This document shows, one piece after another, positions 54,101-64,000 of a DNA stretch of 64,000 bases. The first letter of the stretch is position 1, and every line of letters begins with the position of its first letter. The DNA comes from Balanoglossus misakiensis (taxonomy: Eukaryota > Animalia > Hemichordata). Position numbers and translations under genes: made by a program. Below the pieces are notes generated by a model. That model had not been told where the DNA came from and did no database searches. It saw only the letters and a program-made list of their open reading frames with translations. Location of the stretch: assembly GCA_040954595.2 (NCBI GenBank), contig CM082590.2:2480001-2544000 (forward strand), given 5' to 3'.

Positions 54101-55445
54101 AAATATGAAATTTTGCAATGTTTGATGTTCCGTGTCTCAATCATAGTTGATCTAATTGTAACGAAATTTTCAGAATATATTACAATATATGTGCAGATAC
54201 AGATAGTGACTTCAGTTTTTGATATCTGGATTACAATTTAAATTCCCAGGCGCTCAAAAAAGGAAAAACCTAGCATTTTACCATTGCAAATGGGCGGCCA
54301 TATTGGATTGATATTTCATTAGATGGCAATATCTGTTTATACACTGCAATTTGCTGAAAATCAGTTCAATCACTGTAGTGAGTGGAAATATTTAAATTCT
54401 TGTGTATTTTGAGCAATAATACTACTACCAAAAATATTTTATACAGTTACTTCTGGACAGCAAAAATTGCCATCATTCAAGTCAAACTCTCAGATCGGCC
54501 CTTTTGCTTGCCTGTGTTGGGCAGATATCAAAAGTGGAGAAAGTTGGATAGTGTAATGTCTACATGTATTTGTACTATCCTTGTAGTCTATTAACATTTA
54601 CACGATTTTCATATTAATTTTGGTATGATATGCATGGAAAGACTGGCTGGCTATAAATCATAAAACTGAACGTCCTTGCACCATACAGTTTTTACTGCAT
54701 ACACATGTAGTTTAAGCAAACTGTGTATTTCATGTATTCCACTTTTCTGCCTTCCTTGCTGGCTTTCTCCATTTATTTTCTTACTGTTTCTTTGTAACAT
54801 TACTGATTTTTTTTTCTGGTAATTCAATTTCTGGCTGAAATAAATGTACTAGAGCTGGTAAGGTTTCCTGAACATTAATCCCTGTATCTTGAAGGCAGGT
54901 GTGCAAGTTCATATAAAGTTCATTGGTTAAAGGAATATTATGAGCTGATAAATCTTCTAAGCTCTTCTTTCTGGCTAGAAGGTCTGCTATATTATCGAAT
55001 ACTCTTTATGCTACTTCCATAATGTTGCCTGTGCAAATTAACAATCAAAATACCCACTTGCTAGACAATTGTAAGACAAACATTTTTGTTGGGTAATTAC
55101 AGAATAATTATTTTAATTCCATGCATACTCTACCTAAACACAAATTAGAATATATAACTGAAATTATAATTATACACAGGTCTATGAAATGCAAAGAAAA
55201 TGTATTTCTAGGAAAGAACACCCATGGGCATTCAGCTCTAAGCAGATAACATCAGTCACTTTGAAGACATGTCACTTCCCAGACTTGACTAAACAAACTT
55301 CCAACCCTGAAGTGAAACGCATCTCCGAGTTGCATACACAATATGATCATATAATGTTAGATATTTATCATGGTTTAAGTGAAAACAAATTAGGAGATGT
55401 AAACACCCCTGCCATTTATTCAGTGCCATATAATGCTGCCATTAT
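51197..55445. repeat. Recent tandem duplication with A-B-A-C-B structure
   Basis: A (51197-52329) equals 52854-53986 at offset 1657, and B (52339-52853) equals 54931-55445 at offset 2592. A contains a 139 bp two-copy repeat. Confidence 0.9.
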
Positions 55446-58349
55446 GCACATATTGACTCTAGCCACTTTCCCAGTGGGAGGAAAAAGACTTTAATGGACA
55501 CCAGGCGGGAAGAAACGAAAGTTACTAAGTTTTTGGCATTTCATTTTTATTTGTGAGATCGAGAAATTAAAATATGACAAGTTTAGAAAATAATCAGATT
55601 ACACAGTATGTCCCAGTTCGTATGGCGGCCATATTGGATTCTGAACTCTCTAGTGATATAAACATATAGTGTACTTGGCGAGTCTCAGTATAGGGAAATC
55701 AACACAATCAGACAAAACTTGGGTTACCCATTGCAATAATACTATCAAATTTCAAAGCAATCCCATATGCAGTTTCAGAAAAATCAGTATTTTCACCAAA
55801 ATTGTACAATATCTTACGTCAATCGCTTCAGGGAACATGCCTACCAAAGCTCAAGGCAATCTGACAATCAGTTTGAAAGAAAATAATTTTTAATGAAAAA
55901 TTCCAAAACTATCACACACAAAACGCAAATATGCATATTTCAAGTATTTTTCTAAAACATCTCACTTAATTATTCCCAAGGAACAACCCTGCAAAATTTG
56001 AAAGCAATCTGACAAGCAGTTTTAGATAAAACAATTTTTGACCAAAAAAGACAAAAAATTCTACAAAATTATAAATATGCACATTTTTCATCAACCAGGT
56101 TTTCATCAAATGGGACCATATATCCAAATGTATGCTTCAAAGCAACACGACTCTCAGAGAAAAAAATGCTTGTCACCCTGGTCAAAAATTTGGTTTTACT
56201 AAAACATCAAATCGGTTATCTCTCAAAGCTAAAAGGGTTATCACCAAACAGATTACAATTTTCTTTACTTGTGGTGGTTTTGGTTTTATCGGTTTGCCCA
56301 ATAAAAATTAGGATAATTGTTTAAGTATGCCAACAGTGAGGTGGAAATCACACCAGAAAAGCGAAAATACGCCAACAACATGTAAACAGTAAAATGTTAC
56401 GAAAAAACAAACAGAAAAGCGAAAATACACCAACCACGTTTAAACCGTAAAATTAAAAAAAAATGCAAACACTGGCTCTACGTGCGCTTAGGCAAGAGGC
56501 CTAGCAATAAAATTCTCACAGAGTATAACCCTATAAATATGTCTAGACTTTCTCGATTATGACCTCAGGGTCAGCAGCGAAGCCATACACAGAATGGCCG
56601 AGAGGCATGGCTAGCTGCACGCCCGTAGCTCGGATTTTTTTCTGGAATAAGACCTACTTCTGTTCAACTACAAGGTGTTGAACGGATAGCTGCAAATCAC
56701 CTAATACCAGACTAAACAATCGAGCGACGGTAACGTAGCTACATAGGCTATGGTACTAAAAGCAATGACTGGATTATGAGCCTACCGAAAAGACGTCTTG
56801 ATCCCGCGGCAGTAAGAAGGAAAGTGGTCGAAACCCGGCGTCGCACACCGGAAACGGGTCAATGATCACCTGTTGTTATGGAGAGTGGGACTTGTTACCC
56901 AATCACAGACCATAGTTAGCATTACGACACACTAATGAATATGCATACATGCTATAGCTGCATATTTTATTATTTTAGAACGCACTGGAACATGCTCGCA
57001 TTCGAAGGAATATTCCATTTGTATATGCAAATAGCAAACCTATGTTCTCGAGTGTGAGTGCACCATTGTCTCAGGGGGGTGGCTCACGTCCCAAAGAACA
57101 GGGGGTAATTTTCTACCACAGCCGCGCATTTCAAACCGAGCAAGCAAACTGCTAACTTCCGTTGTCTGGGCAACATTTTGATGTGCGTTAAGTTTTGCAC
57201 CTATTCGACTTTGAGGAAACAGACCTATAATACTTCCTAATGTGGTTCTCTTTCTGGGTCATTTTGTTGGTCCAACCACGATCCACGAGATCGTAAACTG
57301 CTTGGATTAGGGCGCGTTAGGAAGCTGCAGCTGCGGCCGCAGGTCAAGTCGGTGTGTGTTGTATTTAACAAACATGGTGAATGTGTTCGGCACAGCAACA
57401 TGCTCGCTCTACCCACAGCCACTGTACCGTACTGTCGATCGTTTCCATGTCTGTTTCACGCTCGCTCTTTATAATGCCCTTATCACGCCTCCCGTATTGT
57501 GTTCATGATATGACAGTCCCACTAATCTGACAACACGCTCGCTTTTATTATGTCAATTTGTCCCGTTCGCTAGCACTGCGTTCAGGCCTGCATTCACCAT
57601 TAACAGACTATCCCATTCGCCAACTTTACTGAACTACAAAGTGAAGAACCAGTTTGCGTCTTGGCCGAAACAACCGGGGTCATGGAAATTAAAGGCCGAA
57701 CCGAGAAGATTAAGTGCCATTCCCGAAGTAACGACCAACCAATGTTTACAGAGAAATCAGATGACATCAAATAGCGGAGTTCTTATCCTGTCGGGATGTG
57801 TTTACCTCGGAATCGGCGAAGTTTTTTTGTCGTCGAGTTTGATTTCATGGACGATGCAGTCTAGTTATTTGATGATCCATAATTGATATTTTTTTTTTTG
57901 GGGGGGGGGGGGGGGGGGTCCTGGTGTCGATAATTCGAGGCAGGAGAAGAAATGTGCCGCCAGCGCAAATTGCCGTTTTTCTCGCTCTGTTTAGTCGATT
58001 TTGACAACTTCAAAAGTATTAAACTTCACTCTGCGTTGGTCGAGAGGTCTTAAATTTTACCCATCCAACAAAACAAACGTTTGTAGTCAATAAAGTGTTC
58101 TTGGCGGGAATTAAAATTGATTCAATGCAATTCAAGTTTGAATTTGATCAAATTTTCTAAATATAGATAAATCGACAGGCCAACACTGTCCATGCACCAA
58201 AAAGAACAGCTGGTCGCGGAGATTAATTTTGTTTTTGTATATAACAAAATACCCTACAAAATATAAAAGTTCCGAATTACCTATAATTTGATTCCATTAT
58301 AATTCCAATACTATTAACTCAATTTTAGAGTAATACACTGGGAACTATT

Positions 58350-59105
58350 ATTTTTCAAAATTGGAAAATATGCCCCCAAAATACAAGATATTGCCAACAA
58401 AAAGCATTGACACTTTCATCATTGGTTTTGTAAATTATCATGACAACGCACCCAGGAACCTTTAAATCAAATTTGAAAGCAATGGAGTAGAGGGTTCTGA
58501 GAAAGAGTTTTGACCAAAAATGGCAAAAATCACCCCAAAAATATAATATTAAATTCTTCTAGTTGATTTGACAAACATACATGCAAATTTCCAAAGCAAT
58601 CTATGAGCTGTTTTACATTTAAAAAATGATCAAAAAGGTAAAAATTGCTCGCAAATTTTGCAGCAATTTAAACAAAACTTTAGTAACTCAGATCACCTAT
58701 ATGAAGCTCCATACTAAATTTCAAAGAGGTGGGCTGATTAATTCCAGAAAGGTAGTTTTTTTACAAAAATGTAGAAAAACACAAACAAATGCGAAAAATA
58801 GAAAATTCAAAGTATTACCTCAAAACATACAGAATCATTATGACCAGGGGTTGCTGAGTTTCTGAGTTTTGACCAAATTAAGGTTTTTCCCAGAAAATTT
58901 GCATATTTTTGGCAATGTCAACTTCGTTTGAACAAACTCCCATCTACAACCCGGTATGCATCTATACACCATATATCGAGGTTGTACGCGTAGCAGTCTT
59001 CAAGTTTTTGATGTGGATGGACATACTCCCATACATCCATACAGATGCAACGTACCGATCTCATAAGGTCCCACTGGAATATACCAATACAAATGTGACA
59101 TAAAC
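58350..59105 (+). mobile_element. Decayed HINE-like element
   Basis: Degenerate AAATTTSAAAGCAAT...TTTTGACCAAA repeats, then a CATACATCCATACAGA microsatellite remnant and a hairpin-like end ...GTGACATAAA. Similar decayed repeats lie at 55740-56150 and 59270-59790. Confidence 0.5.
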
Positions 59106-59853
59106 ACTTGACTTGCGGGCGCTGTTACTCCTCAATGAAAGCAGATAACGCGACACAAACTGGTCATTTTTTTCAAACTTGTGCTATAAGTAATATGTGT
59201 GACCAACTCTATGACTTAATTTTTTGTTAATGACCTAATACCAAACAAATAGATATGATCTAATTTAAAAAAACTGTCCCAAAACTGCCAAACACAAAAA
59301 TGCAAACATCACCAAAATTATACAATATCTTACTTCGATGAGAACATGCTTACCAAAGTTCAAAGCAATCTGACAAGTGGTTTCAACGAGAAAATCACAA
59401 GTTACCTCAAGAACACAAATAAGCAAATTTCAACAAAATTTTCAAACAACTTACAATTGCTTAACCCTGAGAACATGCCTACCAATTCCCAAAGCAATCT
59501 GACAAGCACGAGGTTTCAGAGAAAACGATTTTTGACCAAAAATTGCAAAATTTGGCTCATAATTACAAATGTGCAAACTTTGCAACAATTACACCTATAG
59601 GAAGATTTATACTAAAAGTTAAAGAAATCAGCCAATTACTTTCATAGAAAATATTTTACCATTGTGTTAAAAGACAAAACATTCATAACAAGTAGACAAT
59701 TCACGATGTTAGCTTAGAACTTATATAGCTCTATGATCTTGGCATAAGAAACATGCATACCACTTTTCAAAGCAATCTGACCAGTAGTTCCCAGCTAACA
59801 ACTGAGAACAGAATAGCCAAAATCATCACCAGCGCCTAACACTACATTTGATT

Positions 59854-59910
59854 TTAATCAGATGAAAAAGGGAAGTAAGCAGACCATTTGTTGGAGCGGC
59901 TGATCCTCAC
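59854..59910 (-). other. Possible terminal exon of a host gene
   Basis: A strong polypyrimidine acceptor CTTTTGTCTGTCTCTTTGATTTCAG is followed by short open frames. There is no homology support. Confidence 0.3.
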
Positions 59911-60766
59911 CTGAAATCAAAGAGACAGACAAAAGCACTCATTTTATCAGAATATTTATTTTATGTATGCAAAAATCCTAACATGATATCTCTGTCTACC
60001 TGTTTATCCTGATAGGAAAATTGTTAGAATAAAAATATCAAAGATATTTCTTCCTAACGCTGCATACACTATGTACATACTCTAGCAGTCTTGAAAGTAC
60101 AATGAAATGTTTGTCAAAAGCTCTTCTTAAAAACTGCATAACATACCAAACTTTCAGTACAATATAAGCAATATCCGGAAAAAAATTAAACCAACTTAGC
60201 ATCTTATGCAAAATGAAAGAAATTGAGGAATCGTGTCCCCCCTTCCCTTCAGCACTATACATGATTCTACAGCCTCAGGGTGTCATTCTTCACACAAACA
60301 TAAAATGAATGGCTGAAATTCTAGAAATGTAGAAACAATGACATGTGAATATTGTTATTAAAAATGTGATTTTAATCGTTTGGCAACTATGGTCACTTCC
60401 TAATAATTGACTATATTTCTTAACATGCATCTAATAGTTTGATTCTACCATGCTTGTCACGGATTTTGCCGATCACCAAACACAAAACACAACAAAATGG
60501 TTTAACAGTTTCACAAGCCATATGCCTAAAACAGGGACATCATCAGTTCATATGTATGGCCAGTCTGGCTACAGAGGTGAACTGACTATGTATATGCATG
60601 GGATTCTTTTATATCCCTTTGGTCACGTGACCAGTTTATATATTTTCTGCTATTTCCCCAAGGGATTCATAGTCGATTCTATTTTCTTATCACCTGACGG
60701 ATTCTGGCGAATCATGACACAGTGTTAGCATGAGGTATGTTATAAATACAGATATTACATACATAC

Positions 60767-60900
60767 CGGTATTCAAATGAACTAATGGTTCGGTCCAAAT
60801 CCATTGTTTCTGTTGGAAAAGTTGGATGTCTACACAGGGAACTGGGGGTGAATGGTGAGAGTGCTAAGAAAAAAGGCTGATGGTAATTTTCCATTTTTAT
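60767..60900 (-). other. Possible exon of a host gene
   Basis: Tandem acceptors ACAG/GTTAG and donor CG|GTATGT; the frame is ambiguous. Confidence 0.25.
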
Positions 60901-61856
60901 CTAACCTGTATACATGTGTGTGCTTAATCTTTCCCAATAATGCTGACACACAACAAGTTAATTGTTTTACAAAACTCTCCTTGAGAGTCAAATGAAGGCA
61001 CCTGATATAAGCCCAAAGACTTCATTCTTTTCCACACACCACTTTTCTCTTTTCAAAGAGCTCCATTTCAAATTGTGTACACAAACAATGTCATTGTCAC
61101 TGCCCAAGCCCAAACTTTCAAATTACAATGTGACATTTCAAAACACTGTTAGACTTCCCAATGAAACATTAACTCTGGATCGGTATCCATTCAAATTAGT
61201 GACAGCCCCGGGGTTACATTGTTGATAATTTTGTTATAATGGTGATATTTAATTGTTTGACTTTAACAAAAATTATGACATGGACGTATAAACGTGTTAT
61301 GTCCACACATATGCTGTGAGTTCAGCTTCAATCCAATTTCATAACAAATTATTCAACAACAAAAATAGAAAATGAACATCAAGAGCTAGTGACTTCGTGG
61401 CTTTCACATGATAAATATACATTGCCCCATGCTAGAGTGTAATATTAACATGTCTCATACAACCTACAATTCTCTGTATATAACCAAACACATTCATTAT
61501 AGCTGCATTAGTTGGGTCACATAATCTGGAACCAGATAGGCTGACCTGAGCAATCCATGTTTTTGCAAGTGTTGTATTGTCACTGTTATAGTGTGACTTC
61601 TTTGGTGTAATGCTCCAATGAACATGTGAGTTTCAATTGGATAGATAAATGACCAATAACACAAAGTCTGTGATTGGGTAATACAAATGATTGGTATACA
61701 ACTGGAAGTTCTGACACTGAAAGAGCTGTCTATTGCTCTCTTCCCTGAGGGAGCGATAGAGAGTAACTTTAGAGATACATTCTCCAATGATCAGGAGTTA
61801 ATAAGGTATTAGTCTAGTATATAGCTGTATTATATCTGCTTTGCTTTCAAAAAACT

Positions 61857-62725
61857 ATGCATGCCACTGGCCCAATAAAGCATGATACCCCTTGCAGGGA
61901 ATCGTGATGTAATTAGTGTCCTATTGAAGTCAATCACAGACTTTGTTTTTCCAATGATTGGTCAAAGGATACATATGTGTGATTAAAGGTCTAATGCCAT
62001 GCCCTATACAACCACGCGTAAAATCACTATTTGGGTCTTGAAGTTAACGTATGTTACTATCTTGCAATGCGTTTTGCCCCTTGTGCTTAGATAACAAGCA
62101 AGTAAAAGTGGCGGGTGGGCGTGTACCCCTAACCCAACCCAGTCGAGTTTTTTCGGCTTTTCGAAGTTCAGTCGAAGGCTTATCTTGATGTGGACAAATA
62201 GTCTTTCACACCTTTGTAAATCCTCTGCCTGTAATGTAAGGCAAGGGCTTCCTTTGCTTTGAACACTGTTTATATAGCTTGTCTTTGTCTGTGGACTTAA
62301 TTACTCATGGACTGCTAATTACACTTTACTGTTAGCAGAATGGTACACTAGGACGTAGTGTACTTGTTTGTCCATATGCAACTACCTTCGCCTGGCTCGA
62401 GTGCGAAGTGGCTCCCTGATCACAGGCATGAAAAAAGGGGGCAAATTCCGGCATTCGCGCACATTTTTCGGAACCGACACAATAGGCAATGCATAGACAG
62501 GTACCCTAGGTGAGCTTTTGACGTGGAAAAATGAAAACTTTCCAAAGCATGGCATTAGACCTTTAAGGATTGGTACCATTTTAAATTTAAATTAGCCTTG
62601 CCTTTACTATAACCTTACACACAATCGCCATTGTTCAGTTTATGTCAGTGACTTTAAGGGGGATGGTAGTTACATCACAATTCCCAGCAAGAGCTATCAG
62701 GCTTTATTGGGCCAGTGGCATGCAT
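61857..62725. mobile_element. TIR element (MITE) hosting a second MITE
   Basis: A perfect 25 bp TIR ATGCATGCCACTGGCCCAATAAAGC extends imperfectly to ~80 bp. Confidence 0.85.
61987..62562. mobile_element. Kolobok-type MITE (576 bp)
   Basis: TTAA|AGGTCTAATGCCATGC...GCATGGCATTAGACCT|TTAA, a 16 bp perfect TIR. Confidence 0.9.
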
Positions 62726-62768
62726 GACTCTTGATGTTAGTTTTGGAAGTGGAAAAAATATGGCTATA

Positions 62769-62978
62769 TACTGTAAAACATGAAATTTTCGCAACGGGAA
62801 ATTTTCATAATATCAAATGTGGCAACTGTTATGCAACGATTAATTTTCGCATTCTCGAATTTCAATTCATCATTATTTCTGAAAAACATGTTTACGCGAC
62901 TTTTTAGTTTCGTGTTTTTTTAGCACTTGCATGATTCGGGCGAATTTATCTCTCATGAAAATTTCCCATTTTACATAC
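62769..62978. mobile_element. Decayed TA-flanked MITE
   Basis: Imperfect TIR TACTGTAAAACATGAAATTTTC / GAAAATTTCCCATTTTACATA, with internal TTTTCGC and GCGAAT repeats. Confidence 0.55.
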
Positions 62979-63569
62979 ATCCTAAGTATCATTTTTTCAC
63001 ACCAGAAGACAATGCACAGTTGCTTTGTGTATGGCATACTTTGTATTACAATAGACACTGACAACTAGTTACATCCTCCCAGCATACAAATATGGTTATA
63101 TTGAAATAAGGCATTATGATGGAAACAATGTAAAGCTAATGCAAGAATTAGTACAGACCGAGTATATTATGTTACTACACTGGAATAACAATTTCGTGTT
63201 ATTTGATCTGTTTAAATTTTTTTTTTTAAATCAAGGAACACTGAAGAATGAGTGGAGGTGATAGCTTTGGAATGGATATGTCTGTATACAGTAAATGAGA
63301 GTGATAAATATTCCAAATCCCCAATACTTGACTGTCTGGAAAAAACCTTGAGAATTTTCTGACATTTCTTTGGGCATCTGGGTTTCATTTAGTATATAGA
63401 AGTTACAACGGTAATGAAGGCATGAACAGTCTCCTGTTCATTATAGTCAGTTTCCTGTAAGAATTTATTGATTCGGAATATCAAAAAGACTCATGTCAAC
63501 AGCCAGCAGATTACTACATGATTGTTGCAGTGTTTGTTGCATGCTGGGTGCCAAGTCCATCTGAGGTAC

Positions 63570-63713
63570 CTGTGGTCGCGGCCGTGGCTGTTGTCCTAGT
63601 TACAGCTGTTGTTGTTGTTGTTGTGATAACTGTTGCTGTTGTTGTTGTTGTTGCCATGTTTGTTGTTGTGGTGGTGGAATGGTTGCTTTTGTTCCGCTGG
63701 CTTGTTGCTGCTG
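63570..63713 (-). CDS. Probable exon encoding a Thr-rich mucin-like linker of a host gene that starts beyond the right edge
   Basis: Acceptor TTTTGTTTGTATTTAACTGCAG and donor ACAG|GTACCT bound 144 nt, phase 1-1, translating as AATSQRNKSNHSTTTTTNMATTTTTATVITTTTTTAVTRTTATAATT. The exon could instead run to the stop at 63514. Confidence 0.55.
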
Positions 63714-64000
63714 CTGCAGTTAAATACAAACAAAACAGTTTTCTTTTAAAGTCACTTCACAGCAAATGGCAATGTATCAGGAGACACTTCTTTTTAATTT
63801 TCTTTACATTTGTCAATCAGACTGAAATTTAGGGCGGCATATAGTTAGTTACTGTACAATGGGAAATTGATTTAGGCTGTGTCTAAAATTGATGGTTAGT
63901 TTCAGGACCCCTGTTGACCTAATTAATTATGTACACTCCTAATTCTAGGCTAACCAATAGATCTAGAAGTTTAGATTTTGTAGGACATAGATCAGTTTAG

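Noticed and set aside
34900-55500. Recurrent short ORFs (MAKIIKIFGLCPG..., MPFGDYTD..., MQRKCISR...)
   Set aside because: They recur only because the DNA is duplicated. The 116 bp period breaks frame and there are no domain motifs or splice support.
62128-62141. Telomeric repeat CCCTAACCCAACCC
   Set aside because: It has only two imperfect units and lies inside a MITE.
63518-63832. Plus-strand poly-Val membrane protein
   Set aside because: It is the antisense shadow of the Thr-rich (ACA)n exon, and the splice signals favour the minus strand.

Overview
This is AT-rich, repeat-dense eukaryotic DNA with GT-AG introns, probably from a marine invertebrate (inference). It contains no prokaryotic features. 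(1) 1-9343: the end of a TTAA-flanked Kolobok-type DNA transposon. It carries a minus-strand transposase gene that I could splice by hand into 10 phase-compatible exons (542 codons, no stop). Its introns hold a short-LTR Gypsy retrotransposon (gag-pro-RT-RNase H, one frameshift, tRNA-Ser PBS), a TTAA MITE and a hairpin element. (2) 9.5-13.6 kb: a patchwork of local duplications with a cognate Kolobok MITE, a tRNA-derived SINE and a Crypton-like hairpin element. (3) 13.6-32.1 kb: about 18.5 kb of ~191-196 bp satellite with multi-kb higher-order duplications. (4) 34.4-51.7 kb: a ~900 bp macrosatellite in which one 116 bp segment has expanded into its own satellite and a Helentron-like (HINE) element is inserted. 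(5) 51-64 kb: a tandem duplication, decayed repeats, nested MITEs and a probable Thr-rich host exon. Almost all ORFs between 13.7 and 55.5 kb are repeat artefacts. I see no clear new multi-gene system. The best leads are the intron-rich transposase with a ZNF653/ZNF692-like N-terminus and the satellite forming inside a satellite.
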